Below are positions 1 through 12,999 of a stretch of 64,000 nucleotides of DNA, in pieces. The position numbers and the translations under genes were made by a program. The stretch lies in contig NC_086108.1 in assembly GCF_963921235.1 (NCBI RefSeq), forward strand, positions 84,446,001-84,510,000. Reading direction: 5' to 3'. The stretch's first letter is position 1, and every line of letters starts with the position of its first letter. The notes beneath the pieces are model-generated. The model was not told the origin of the DNA. It ran no database searches and worked only from the letters and a program-made list of their open reading frames with translations. This DNA is from Mobula hypostoma (lineage: Eukaryota).

Positions 1-900
1 TCCTAAAACGTTTTTGATAGAATAGATTCCATAATCTTATTTTATATTTGGAATCATAAAAATCCTAGATTGAGTAAACCTTCATTACAGAAATTAAAGA
101 AGGATGGTGGTATGGGTTTGCCAAATTTTAGAATGTATTATTGGACAACTCCTCCCTTGGAGGGTCAGACACCCTGAGCCAACAGGCTGGTCCTGGACTT
201 ATTTCCATCTGGCATAATTTACATATTATTATTTAATTATTTATGTTTTTTATATTGCTATATTTATACTCTTCTTGGTTGGTGCAACTGTAACGAAACC
301 CAATTTCCCTCGGGATCAATAAAGTATGACTATGACTATGACTATATGATAGCCTTTTCAACTTTATTGACTAGGAGAGCCATTTTACTGAAGTGGAAGG
401 ATTCTAATCCGTCTACTGTCTTTTATTGGCTCTCCTCCATTATGTCCTGTTTAAGTAGAAAATAAGAAGTCAGACATTTGATTCATCCTTTAAATTTGAG
501 CAAATCTGGTGACATTTTATTCAATATTTTCATTTGATTTGATTTATTACTCTTCCAATTTTTTTTCGAAGTTTTAGATTTGATCAGAAAGTTTTTCTTT
601 TTTTTTGGTTGTATCCTCAGAATGGACTGCCCAGTCCCTTTTTTTTGTATAGTGTGGTGTTTTTTTTCCTTCATTTAAAATTCAAAGTTTTTTCTTTCCT
701 CTTCATGAATTGATAAGAGGAGAATTAGCTGTTTTCTTTTTTATTACATATTACATACTAGCTTAACACCATGTCTGATTTTGATCATGTCTATGTCAAT
801 CTCTGTTTGTATTGTTTTTGGTATATATATTGAGATAATTCTCCTCTTGTTTGTATTTATATTCCTTTTAAATCAATAAAAAGATTAATAAAGAAAGAAG
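1..900 (+). mobile_element. L1-clade LINE, ORF2 C-terminal fragments plus 3' UTR (interrupted at 147-345)
   Basis: Translates PKTFFDRIDSII..GGMGLPNFRMYYW (1-146) and IAFSTLLTRRAILLKWKDSNP (from ~346). T-rich 3' UTR ends aataaaaagattaataaagaaagaag. Homologous to 63520-63660. Confidence 0.8.
147..345 (+). mobile_element. Rex1/Babar-type LINE 3' end inside the L1
   Basis: Ends aatttccctcgggatcaataaagta followed by a (tgacta)n tail. Confidence 0.55.
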
Positions 901-1608
901 TGGTCAATAACTTTACTGGGTGTTTTTTATAGGCCGCCCAATAGTAACAGGGATATCGAGGAGCAGATAGGGAAAAAGATCCTGGAAAGGTGTAATAATA
1001 ACAGAGTTGTTGTGATGGGAGATTTTAGTTTCCCAAATATCGATTGGCATCTCCCTAGAGCAAGGGGTTTTGATGGGGCGGAGATTGTTAGGTGTGTTCA
1101 GCAAAGTTTCTTGACACAGTATGTAGATAAGCCTACGAGGAGAGGCTATACTTGATTTGGTATTGGGAAATGTACCTGGTCAGGTGTCAGATCGCTCAGT
1201 GGCAGAGCTTATTGGAGAGTGTGATCATAATTCTATCTCCTTTACAATAGCATCGGAGAGAGATAGGAACAGACAAGTTAGAAAAGCATTTAATTGGAGT
1301 AAGGGGAATTATGAGGCTATCAGGCTGAAAATCAGAAGCTTAAATTGGGAACAGATGTTCTCAGGGAAAAGTACGGAAGAAATGTGGCAAATGTTCAGGG
1401 ATATTTGTGTGGAGTTCTGCATAGGTACGTTCCAATGAGACAGGGAAGTTATGGTAGGGTACAGGAACCGTGGTGTACAAAGGCTGTAATAAATCTAGTC
1501 AAGAAGAAAAGCTCACAAAAGATTCAAAGAGCTAGGTAATGTTAGAGATCTAAAAGATTATAAGGCTAACAGGAAGCAGCTTAAAAAGGAAATTAGGAGA
1601 GCCAGAAG
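901..1608 (+). mobile_element. CR1 LINE, endonuclease region (degraded)
   Basis: Motifs GVFYRPP, VVMGDFSFPNIDW, DHNSISF, FNWSKGNY, EPWCTK. Confidence 0.85.
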
Positions 1609-3541
1609 GTAAAACATGAGCAAGCGGGACAGAAGCAAGTGCTGAGAGCCACCACCTCCACAAATGCTGCTGCTCTGAGAGTGTCGTACTTACTGGCTAG
1701 CCGTATTGCTAAGGCTAAGAAGCCTTTCACTGTTGGTGAAGAATTGATTCTGCCTGCTGCCAAGGACATGTGCCGTAAACTGTTGGGAGAAGCTGCAGCT
1801 AACAAGATAGCACAGGTTTCTCTTTCAGCTACCACAGTTTCAAGGAGAATCGATGACATAGCAGAGGACATCGAAGCACAGCTGTTGGAACAGCATAACG
1901 AGTCACCATGGTATGCTATCCAGGTCGACGAGTCTACCGATGTCGACAACAAGGCAATACTGCTGGTTTATGTGTGATGTATATTTCATAACGATGTGCA
2001 CGAGGATATGTTGTGTGCATTGCCGCTGCCAACTAACACAAATGGGGCAGAACTATTCAAGTCTTTGAATGACTACACCACAGGCAAACTGGCTGGTCAT
2101 TCTGTGTTGGAATATGCACAGAGAGGGCTGCAGCTGTGACTGAATGGCTGTCTGGTTTCACTACCCGAGTCAGAGCTTGCTCCTGAATGCCAGTCTACAC
2201 ACTGTGTCGCACACAGGGAAATGCTGGCTAGCCGAAAAATGTCACCTCATCTTAACAGTATATTGAGTGACAGTGTTGAAGTTATCATTCACATCAAAGC
2301 AAAAGCCCTTAACTCACATCTGTTTGAGCAGCTTTGCGAGGAAATGAATGCAGAGCACAAACGCCTTCTCTTACACATTGAAGTCAGGTGGCTAACAAGG
2401 GGGAGAGCCCTGGCAAGGGTTTTTGAGTTAAGAGAGCAGCTGCAGAGATTTCTTTAAGGAAAATAGTCACCACTGGCAGCACACTTCAGTGACGAGGAGT
2501 GGATAGCAAAACTCGCTTATCTGTGTGACATCTTCAACCTGCTCAATGAACTCAATTTGTCACTTCAGGGGAGAATGACAACTGTCTACAAGTTGGCAGA
2601 TAAAGTGTCTGCTTTCAAAGCCAAACTGGAACTGTGGGGAAGGCGAGTGGACAGGGGCATATTTGACATGTTCCCAACATTAGCTGGGATTTTGGGAGAG
2701 ACTGAGGCTGCACCGTCCTTCTCTCAGCTGGTGCGCGATCACCTATCTTCACTGTCGACAGAATTCGAGCGTCATTTCCCAACTGCAAATGATCCAAGAC
2801 GTGCAAAGGAATGGGTCCGTGACCCATTTGTGAATGTCCCTGGTGAATCATCCATGTCAGCGCGGGAAAAAGATCAACTCCTCGAGCTTGCAAGTGACGG
2901 TGGGCTGAAAAGTATGCTTGACATAACATCTCTGCCGGCATTCTGGATCAAAGTCAAGGCTGAATATCCTGAGATAGCCATGAAAGCACTGAAAACGTTG
3001 CTTCCATTTCCAGCATCATATCTCTGTGAAGTGGAGTTTCTGCAATGAATGCAACGAAAACTAAATTGCAGAATAGACTGGACATAAGGAACCCCCTTCG
3101 AGTATTGCTGTCTCCTATCACCCCTCGATAGGACCGTCTTGTTGCAGGGAAATAAGCCCAGGGCTCCCACTGATTCAGCGATATTGGTGTGTTGCAATAA
3201 TTTTATAAGTTCAAACGAGGAAAATATATGCTGTGTGCTTAATATCCAAACATTACTTAAAATGTTATGATGCTATTGACTTATAAGTGACTTATAATTG
3301 ACATCACTATATTCATGCGAGGAAAATATGTGCTGTGTGTTTAATATTAAATTCGTTAGATAAACCCTTTTAGAAATGAAATTGAGTGTATTAGCCACTT
3401 ATAAGTGACTTATAGTTGACTTATCACCTATATTCCGGTCGTGGTTAACAACCCCCCCCCCCACCACTCCCATCAGCCAGTCCGCAAGAATGTTGTCAAT
3501 ATTGAACCAGTCCACGGTGCAAAAAAGGTTGGGGACCCCTG
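1609..3541 (+). mobile_element. hAT (Charlie/Buster, Charlie3/MER1-like) DNA transposon, 5'-truncated, transposase pseudogene
   Basis: ORF pieces IAKAKKPFTVGEELILPAA, YAIQVDESTDV, EVRWLTRG, FWIKVKAEYPEIA..LLPFPASYLCE. The 3' TIR aaaaaggttggggacccctg ends at 3541. Confidence 0.9.
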
Positions 3542-4630
3542 GCTTTGTGGATCCAGAACTGGCTTGTCCACAGAAGGCAAAGAGTGGTTGTAGACAGGTC
3601 ATATTCTGCATGGAGGTCAGTGACCAGTGGAATGCCTCAGGGATCTGTTCTGGGACACTTACTCTTCGTAATTTTTATAAATGACCTGGATGAGGAAGTG
3701 GAGGGATGGATTAGTAAGTCTGCTGATGACACAAATGTTGGAGGTGTTGCAGATAGTGTGGAGGACTGTCAGAGGTTACAGCGGGACATTGATAGGATGC
3801 TAAACTGGGCTGAGAAGTGACAGATGGAGTTCAACCCAGATAAGTGTGAAGTGGTTCATTTTGGTAGGTCAAATATGATGGCAGAATATAGTACTAATAG
3901 TAAGACTCTTGGCAGTGTGGAGTATCAGAGGGATCGTGGGGTCTGAGTCCATAGGACGCTCAAAGCAGCTATGCAGGTTGACGCTGTGGTTAAGAAGGCA
4001 TACAGTGTACTTGCCTTCATTAATCGTGGAATTGAATTTAGGAGCTGAGAGGTAATGTTGCAGCTATATAGGACCCTGGTCAGACCCCACTTGGAGTATT
4101 GTGCTCAGTTCTGGTCGCCTCACTACAGGAAGGATGTGGAAGACATAGAAAGGATGTAGAGGAGATTTACAAGGATGTTGCCTGGATTGGGGAACATTCC
4201 TTATGAAAACAGGTTGAGTGAACTCGGCCTTTTCTCCTTGGAGCGACAGAGGATGAGAGGTGACCTGATAGAGGTGCATAAGATGATGAGAGGCATTGAT
4301 CGTGTGGATAGTCAGAGGCTTTTTTCTCAGGGCTGAAATGGTTGCCACAAGAGGACACAGGTTTAAGGTGCTGGGGAGTGGATACAGAGGAGAAGTTAGG
4401 GTTAAGTTTTTTACTCAGAGAGTGGTGAGCGCGTGGAATGGGCTGCCGGCAACAGTGGTGGAGGCGGATACAATAGGGTCTTTTAAGAGACTTTTGGATA
4501 GGTACATGGAGCTTAGAAAAATAGAGGGCTATGGGTAAGCCTAGTAATTTCTAAGGTAGGGGCATGTTCAGCACAACTTTGAGGGCCGAAGGGCCTGTAT
4601 TGTGCTGTAGGTTTTCTATGTTTCTATGTT
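3542..4630 (+). mobile_element. CR1 LINE, RT and 3' end
   Basis: WIQNWL..RRQRVVV, PQGSVLG, KSADDT, RPHLEYCAQFW, RGHRFK; tail ttctatgtttctatgt. Confidence 0.9.
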
Positions 4631-5014
4631 ACAACATTAATAACTCCATTAAAGTCACCCAGAAATGTCCACAAAATTTGTTCATACAATTACCACCTAG
4701 GCTATGCCATTTTTATTTCAGTCATTGTCCAGACAAATTCCCCCCATCAAAATGACTTAATTCTAACACAAACATAAGAGATTCTGCAGAGGCCGGACTT
4801 CTATGCTAATTCTAACATTTGTTACATTAAATGGAAATGCTATTAAAATGTTGCCTGATTTGATTTTATATTGAAGAGAAAATTTGAATGAGATTTGACT
4901 GTGTTTAATTTGAATCTCTGCATTTTCAAATAGCATATGTCAAGAAACTATGGAAAGTGAGTTAGATGATTATTAACATATTTTCTGGTAGGCATGTGCT
5001 GGTTTTTTCCTTAC

Positions 5015-5063
5015 CTTCATAATCAGGACATATATAGGCAGCGTCGATATTCTTCTTAATCTC
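5015..5063 (-). CDS. Candidate 49-bp internal exon of an unidentified host gene (EIKKNIDAAYICPDYE or RLRRISTLPIYVLIMK)
   Basis: On the minus strand: ttatttgtag|GAGATT...GAAG|gtaagg. Lies in non-repetitive sequence and retains CpGs. Confidence 0.4.
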
Positions 5064-5449
5064 CTACAAATAATGTTTCAACTTGTTTATTGAGAATTTC
5101 AGCACCAACAACACAAAGTTCTAAACAGTTATGGACACGTGGCAAAATTACGCAAAAACACAAATAAAAACCACCTTTGATAAGGTTTTTTTTAAGATGT
5201 TGTCTTTAGCATATTATTTCCTCATGAAGGATTTTTAATAATCCATGAAAATCAATCCTGCTTCAGTAATTATTTAAATATTCAAAGCATATTTATTATC
5301 AAGGAATGTATAAATTATACACCTTGAGATTTGCCTGCTTACAAGCAGCCATGAGCAAGAACCCCGAATAACCCAATTTGGGAAAAAAACAAACAATTGT
5401 GCAGAGAAAGAGACAGAGAAAATCGTGTGGTGAAGGCGGCCCAGCGAAT

Positions 5450-5875
5450 TGTCAGGATGGAGCTCCCAGGTCAGGAGGAAAGCAATCAGCATAACCAGAG
5501 ACACCACACACCCCGGCCACTCCCTGTTTGACCCTCTGCCGTCCAGCAAAAAGTTCAGGACACTAAACGCCAGAATAAATAGACTGAGGAACAGCTTCTA
5601 TCCCAGAGTTGTGGCCTCCATCACACCACTCTCACAGAACAATGACTGAAACTGTGAGCACACACGTGCACACACAGGACTCAAATACTTGCACTAACGG
5701 CACGGTGCACTACTGTGATATTCTGGTGCTGCTGCAACTTATTTTCTGCTACTTATCTATTTAATACTGTTTTTCTATTACTGCCTTGTTTTTATCTACC
5801 GCTTTATTTATTTGCCTGAGAGGAAGCCAAACAGAGTTTCATTGTACCTATGTATAATAACAATAAAGATCATTC
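5450..5875 (+). mobile_element. Rex1/Babar LINE 3' fragment
   Basis: RRKAISITRDTTHPGHSLFDPLPSSKKFR..RLRNSFYP is the Rex1-type ORF C-terminus; AATAAA near 5862. Confidence 0.75.
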
Positions 5876-7009
5876 AAAACCCATAGATCACGCAAACAAT
5901 ACAAGCAGGCCAACAGCATTCCGAACCAGACTGAGTCCCAGATCCACTCCCGGAGTTGCCGGAGGAGGCCCAAGCCTCAGTCCCAGGTCATCACACCAGC
6001 TGGGCAAAACCACAGGGCAGCTGGATCAGTTCTCAGCCTTGGCGGGGCGGATAAAAAAATGAACTTTCGCGGGACAGCGAGAGATATCAGCCCAACCTTT
6101 GCCTCTGTTCCCAACACTCAGGCTTCCAGACTATCCATGCCGGCATTAAAATTGGTTTGTTTGCCATCGATAATTTTTTGTTTTCTCACAACTCTCGATA
6201 TTCTGAAGCAATAAAATGATGCAACTCAGAAATTAGTCAAAATATAAAGTGAAAATATGCACACCACTTCAGAGTTGCCCAAAATGAGAGGCTGATGATA
6301 GAATGATATATATGTACAGTATCTGAAATACATCTTATAGAAATGTTTGTTTGATGAAATTCAATAAAAAATAAGTTACAAAAAAAAGAAATACCCATCT
6401 AGTAGTTAAATGAATCCAAACACCTAAGACTGAGACAATTTGCTCACTTGCTCTGTTAGCTTGTCCATTTTATTATATCACATTCAAAAATTTAAGCGCA
6501 TAAACCACTAAATCCCTCTGTTTTTGTAATCTCCTTGGAATGGTGCCATCAAGACCATATCACACCTTCTTACCCCTGCTATCAAAACTCAACACCACAA
6601 ACTTTTGTGTTCAATTCCATCTGTAACTTATCTGTCTATAGTGCCAACCTATGCCCAGTCAACTGGCATCACCCACCATCTGACATTTGTTTGGTATAAT
6701 AGATAAATATTGAGATTTTACTCTATTCCAAGGTAACTTAATTACAATAAATACAGCGTTGAGAAATACTGCAGCTACCAACTTTGATTTCCAATTTGAG
6801 AAACAAGCATTTTTCACACTTGAAACCTCCTACTTTTAAACGGTTTTAAATTTAAGCTGATACTAACACTCAACCTAAAATACCCTCAGCAGTCTGATCC
6901 ACTCAAATTGACTGTGTCCTTTCTCCGTCAAGGACATCCGAGCGTCTCGTGCAATCAGTGTGGTCACTGTAATCCCATTTCCCTTTCACAAAATTTTATT
7001 CAATTATTG

Positions 7010-7240
7010 AGATACAGCTTGGACAGAATGGGCTCCTCCAGCCCTTCAAGCCGTGCTGCCAACAACCCCTGATTTAACCCTCGCCTAATCACAGGAATAT
7101 TTTTACATTGACCAATTAACCTACCCACCGGTACGTCTTCGGACTGTGGGAGGAAACTGGAGCAACCTGGATGAAACCCACGTGGTCATGGGGAGAACAT
7201 ACAAACTCTTTGCAGACAACAGCAGGAATTCTGAACGCTC
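7010..7240 (-). mobile_element. HE1/V-SINE-like SINE fragment
   Basis: Core ggaggaaactggagca..gaaacccacgtggtcatggggagaacatacaaactc, repeated at 45290-45515. Confidence 0.6.
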
Positions 7241-8519
7241 TGTATTCATGAATATTAAGTACCCAGCCGTCACTATATTTAAACCACGCATCTGTGGAGT
7301 ACTGCATCGTATACTTACGAGACAGTCTGTTCACATCATTCACCAAAAGAAAGCACTCACCACATTTTGTGTGTTAATATACACAAGCTACATCTTGCAC
7401 AATGTTTATCTGACATCAATTGCCTAATCTGCTTCTTTTTTAGGTACATATGCAGTCACAGAAAATATTGCAGACCAATTAGACAAGTCTTAATTCATAT
7501 GTTATGACTGTGCTTTGCAATCAACTTGTAAATCTGAATTTAGAAGGAAAAAAAAATGCCAAATGCATGATCCAATTTCGAAGGTAATGTATCGAATTAA
7601 TTGTTATATCCTCATCTTTCCCAGATAGGCTTTTACGAACCAGACTTTGATGCAGTAATAAGCTATTTTAAGACCACTGGGGGAAAGTAACACGTTTCAA
7701 AACAGGAATGGCAAAAATATACTCAGTACTTTCATGTTGAAACAAGAACAGTCTTTCAAGAATATAATTATTGTGTGCCACCACAGAAAAGTAAATATCT
7801 CGTTGTATATTTTTAAGGTAATACTCTACAATTTTTTTTCCAACACAAATTGAAATTAAGACAGCTTCAATTGTTACAGCACAAGTCAAAAGCAACAGTT
7901 TCTAATCTGCATCACTCAGGGGGGTAATGTTCTGAATGATTTTCCTGCTGCATTTACCTTAGTGCACCATTTTCTAAATGCAAAGTAAAGACAATAACTT
8001 AATCTCTAAAAGATAAATATCACTGAACAACCTTGGACAAGAGAACAATTTCATTCACAGGTGTGGTCTTTCCATTTTAAATCTAATATTAATTTATTAT
8101 CACAGACATCTATCTCAAATTTGTTTTACTTAACTGCCCCCTCTTCATTTGCAAATTGGGATTAACAAACAATGCTGAATAATCATAAATGACAAGCTGT
8201 TTTTCACATCATTATTTCTTTTACATCTTAAAAAAACACCCAGAAATATTTCTTCTGCCTTCTTCTGCCTTTTATTAAAACCAGATCCATGACCTGACTT
8301 CATAGGCATGCTTTTTGTATCATATTTCTGCAAAATATTTGATTATATCAGTCAAACTTTCCTTTCTAATTGGGTTCTCACATTCGCACTGCTCTCATTA
8401 ACCCACCAACCAGAGAACTACATTCACAGTTTATCCACAGTAACTCTGACCTCACCCTATCCATTTCTCCTCCACCCTCCCTGCAACTTAAAACTCATTT
8501 TCTCCTTTTCCATCCAGAC

Positions 8520-9540
8520 CACAAGACCGTAAAACATAGAAGCAGAATTAGACCATACAACCCATTGTGACTGCTCTGCCATTATGTCCTGCCTTCTCCG
8601 GGTAACCTTTGATGCCCTGACTAATCAACCTTTGCTTTAAATGTACTCAATGACTTGGCCTCCACAGCCAACTGTGGCCATGAATTCCACGGATTCACTA
8701 CCATCAGGCTAAAGAAATTCCTCCTCATCTCTGTTCTAAATGGATGTCCTTCTAGTCTGAAGTGGTGTCTTCCGGCCCAAGACTCATCCACTATAGGAAA
8801 CATCCACTCCATCTAGGTGTTTCAATATTTGAAAGGTTTCAATGAGATACCCCTCATTCTTCAACTCCAATAAGTACAGGCCCAAAACCATCAAACACTC
8901 CTCATATGTTAACCCCTTCATACCCAGAATCATTCACGTGAATCTCCCCTGGACACTCTCCAATGCCAGCAAATCTTTTCTTAGATAAGGGGCAAAAAAA
9001 CTGCTTACAATATTCCAAATGAGGTTTGACCAATGCCTTATAATGCATTATATCCTTGCTTTTATATTCTAGTACTCTTGAACTGAATGCTAATATTACA
9101 TTTGCCTTTCTTACCACCAACACAACATGCAAGTTAACCTTCAGAGAAACTTGCACAAGGACTTCCAGATCCCTTTGCACCTCTGAGTTTTGAATTTACT
9201 CCCCATTTAGAAAACAGTTTACACCATTATTCATTCAACCAAAGTGCATGAACCATCCACTTCCCTACACTATATTCTATATGCCATTTCTTTGTATATT
9301 TTCCCAATCTGCCTCAGTCCTTCTGCAGTTGCCCTGCTTCCTCAACACTACTCACCCCTCCACCTATAGTCACATCATCAACAAATCTGGCCACAAAGCC
9401 ATCAATTCCGACATTCAAGTCATTCACATATAACATGCCAACACCAACCCCTGCAGAACATCACCAGCCAACCAGAAAAGGCCCCCTTTAATGCCACGAT
9501 TTGCCTCCTGACAATCAGCCGATCTTCTATCCAAAAGAAG
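8520..9540 (-). mobile_element. CR1 LINE RT/3' fragment
   Basis: QRDLEVLV, KPHLEYC, FRTEMRRNFFS..WNS. Confidence 0.85.
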
Positions 9541-9924
9541 TCTATCCAAAATACCTCACCTCAGTTCATCTTTTCACAGACGTTTCCCAAGTATCTTAAA
9601 TGCATTTCCAACATCTTGTTTTCCTTTCAGATTTCCACCGTCTGACAATATTGATTTTTAAGATGAAAGTTTTACTTGTCAATGGTTATTAAAATGAGAT
9701 CATTTTAGTTTTTACGTTTCAGTAAACACCAGTGAATGACGATGAAGTAGGTCTTTAAGAAAGAAACTTATCTTAGCTAAATGTAGACTTAATGACTCCC
9801 ATCTGTTTCAGTATTTGTTCACAGCCTCAGAGGAAAGAAGGTAAACTAGCAAGTTTAATACTGCCAAGTACACATAACAGCAGAGGTAAGATAACATATG
9901 AACAACCCACATCTGAAATATCAA

Positions 9925-10935
9925 AGCAGCACACACAAAATGCTGAAGGAACTCAGCAGGGCAGGCAGCATCTTTGGAAAACAGTAAACAGTCGACATTT
10001 CGGGCCGGAGAACCTTCAGCAGGACTGGAGGAAAAAAGATGATAAGGCAAAGTAAGAAGGTGGGGGAGGGCAAGAAATACAAGGTAGAAGGTGATAGGTG
10101 AAACGAGGAGCGGGGAAGAAGATGAAGTAAAGAGCTAGGAAGTTGACTGGTGAAAGAGATAAAGGGCTGGAGAAGGGGGAATCTAATAGGAGAGGACAGA
10201 AGGCCATGGACGATAGAGAAAGGGGAGGAGCACCAGAGGAAGGTGATGGGCAGGTAAGGAGATAAAGTTAGAGGGGAAAATGGGAATGGGAAATGGTGAC
10301 ATGGGTGGGGTGGGGGGCAATTACCAGAATTTCGAAAAATCGATGTTCATGCCATCAGGTTGGAGGCTACCCAGACAAAATATGAGATGTTACTCCTCCA
10401 ACTTGGGTGTAGCCTCATCGCAGCAGTAGAGGAGACCATGGACTGACATGTCATAATGGGAATGGGAAGTAAAATTAAAATGGTTGGCCACTGGGAGATC
10501 GCTTTTTCTGGCATAGGTACCCTGTGAAGCTGTCTCCCAATATATATCACCGATATACAGGAGGCCACACCGCGAGCACTGGATAGAGTAGATACTCCAA
10601 CAGATTCACAGGTGAAGTGTCACCTCACCTGGAAGGGCTGTTTGGGGCCCTGAATGGTATTGAGGGAGGAGGTGTAGGGACAGGTGTGGGACTTATTCCA
10701 TTTGCAAGGATGAGTACCAGAAGGGAGATCAGTGGGGAGGGATGTCTGGAGAAGGGTGTCACTTAGGGAATGATCCCTGTGGGGGGGGGAGAAAGATGTG
10801 CCAGATGGTGGGATCCTGTTGGAGATGGCCGAAGTCATAGAGAACTATGTGCTGGATGCAGAAGCTGGAGGAGTGACAGGTGAGGACAAGGGGAACCCTA
10901 TCCCTGGTGGGGTGGCAGGAGAATGAGATGAGGGC
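9925..10935 (-). mobile_element. Penelope-like element (GIY-YIG end plus terminal repeat), degraded
   Basis: RDRVPLVLT, GTHPCKWNKSHTCPY, IQGPKQPFQVR; purine/pyrimidine-skewed UTR; degenerate hammerhead at 9990-10026. Confidence 0.8.
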
Positions 10936-11529
10936 AGGCTTTTCAAAAATAAAATCAGAGCAAATGCTGGAAATCCAAAGCAGATAAACCAGGGAATATT
11001 CAGGTCCAGCAAACATCAGTGGAAAAGGAAAAAAGAGTTGACAATTACAACTCTAATGAAGGGATTTCAATCTGACTGACCCATTAACTTTCCATTTCCA
11101 CTGATGCTAGGTGACTTGCTGAATGTTTTAAGCAAAGACTCAGTCAAAAAAAGAGCTGCAGGTGCTGGAAATCTGAAACAGAAACAGACAATGACGGAAA
11201 TTCTCGAGTCAGGCCACATCAGTTCAAGGAGAAACAGTCACCTTTCAGGTTGGAAACTCTTCGTCAAATGTGAAAGGCAGACCAAAGAAACTTGCAAAGC
11301 TGCATGGGCAGCAATGGAGGGAGGTGGCTCTAATAGGGTGAAATGATAGTCACCGTAGGATTAGGTGTAATAAAGGTTATCAGTCAATGAATGAATGAGA
11401 GCAGTTAGAGAATGAGAACATAGATAATAAAAAAAGTGTAGGAGACACAAAATGCAGAGCAGAATGACATGACCAGCAGGTCAGTCTGAGCACATCCCCC
11501 ACTCTCAGCAGAAAATACAAACAAGCTGA

Positions 11530-11900
11530 ACTAATATTGCGGGCAGGCTTACTAGAGCTGTTGGGAGTGGGTTAAACTAATATGGCAGGGGAATGAGAAC
11601 CAGTACGACAGAGCTGAGGTTGAGCCAGCAGGTTTACAAATAGATAATGGATGTAACATGAATGTAAGGAAGGACAAGTCAATGATTGGGTACAAATACA
11701 GATAGAGCAAAGAGTTAAATTGCACCACAGAGGCAAAATTCAAAAGGGTGAAGAATGCAATACAGGATGCTGGATTTAAATCTACGTACTATTCAGGATA
11801 ATATGGATCTAGTGGCGCAATTACAGACTTGACGGTATGAAATTTTGGGCATCACTGAATCGTAGCTGAAAGAAGGCCATAGTTGGGAACTTCTGACATT
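11530..11900 (+). mobile_element. CR1 fragment (ORF1 end / ORF2 start)
   Basis: Homologous to 13190-13570 (gctgttggg..ttaaactaa..ggcagg; ggcatcactgaatcgtagctg). Confidence 0.6.
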
Positions 11901-11959
11901 TGTGGTTGCAAGGGTAAGTGCCATAAGAAGCGCTAAAAGGAGATTTTGTGAACTTCTGG

Positions 11960-12297
11960 TAATTGGCCCAACCTTCACCATTCCACATTCCTGTTTCCCT
12001 CTCTCACCTTATCTCCTTACCTGCCCAACACTTCTCTCTGGTGCTCCTCCCCCTTTTGTTTTTTCCATAGTCTTCTGTGCTCTCCTATCTCTTTCGCCAA
12101 TCAGCTTCCCAGATCTTTACTTCACTTCCTCCCCCTCTCCCGGTTTCACCTATCACCTTGTACTTCTTCCCCCCCACCCTCAACTTCTTACACTGGCTTA
12201 TCTTTCTTTCCAGTCCTGATGAATGGTCTCAGTCCAAAATGTCGACTAGTCACTATTCTCCATGGAAGCTGCCTGCCCTGCTGAGTTCCTCCAGCAG

Positions 12298-12300
<3 letters not shown>
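11960..12300 (+). mobile_element. Penelope-like terminal fragment
   Basis: Pyrimidine-rich UTR, degenerate hammerhead at 12211-12248, then gctgagttcctccagca. Confidence 0.7.
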
Positions 12301-12351
<51 letters not shown>

Positions 12352-12421
12352 TGTGTGTGTGTGGTGTGTGTGTGTGGTGTGTGTGTGTGTGTGGTGTGTG
12401 TGTGTGTGTGTGTGTGTGTGT
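12299..12421. repeat. Interrupted (TG)n microsatellite
   Basis: Direct inspection. Confidence 0.97.
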
Positions 12422-12999
12422 TCTTTGTTTTTACGCAAAATAGTATTGAAATTCGACCAGAAGCAAAACTTGTTAGAAGTTTAAAGAGTAAATACCAAGA
12501 ATTCATTTGATCCTAACAAACTATAAAATATGAGGAACCCATGATTTTGAGACTTTTAGAACATCAGTTGCATTTTTGGTAATTACATTAAAACCAACTT
12601 CCCTCTTTTAGGATTTCAACAAAGATAGAATTTGAAAGAATTCATATTCTAAGAGAAGCACTTCGATGTTCCATTCATCTTTTGAACAAAACAAAATCTG
12701 CTTGGAATTCAGATTTCTTAACAAGTGCCTGATTAAATTTCAACAGCTAAACGCAAACACAATATGCTCACTGAAGGCTATACTGATTCTTTTATATCAC
12801 TGATAGAATTTAAAATAATTCTTCACCAGATTATGCACTCAAATAGCATTTATCATTTCACTGTTGCTAAAGTTTAACAAAAGAGCCAAAGGCAATTATC
12901 TCATCACATGTGGAAAATATTGATGTGTTGTTATCTTCAGTAGTTTATGGATTCTATATAGGAGTGCTAGTCACAGATTTAGATCTATCGTATCTCTGG

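Noticed and set aside
1639..3048. Domesticated ZBED5/SCAND3-like gene
   Set aside because: Stops, frameshifts, a retained TIR and a position inside a CR1 indicate a transposon fossil.
12077..12510. CV/HT-rich ORFs
   Set aside because: Translations of the (TG)n microsatellite.
12612..12732. Plus-strand acceptor followed by a 39-codon open frame
   Set aside because: No supporting upstream exon or homology; expected by chance.
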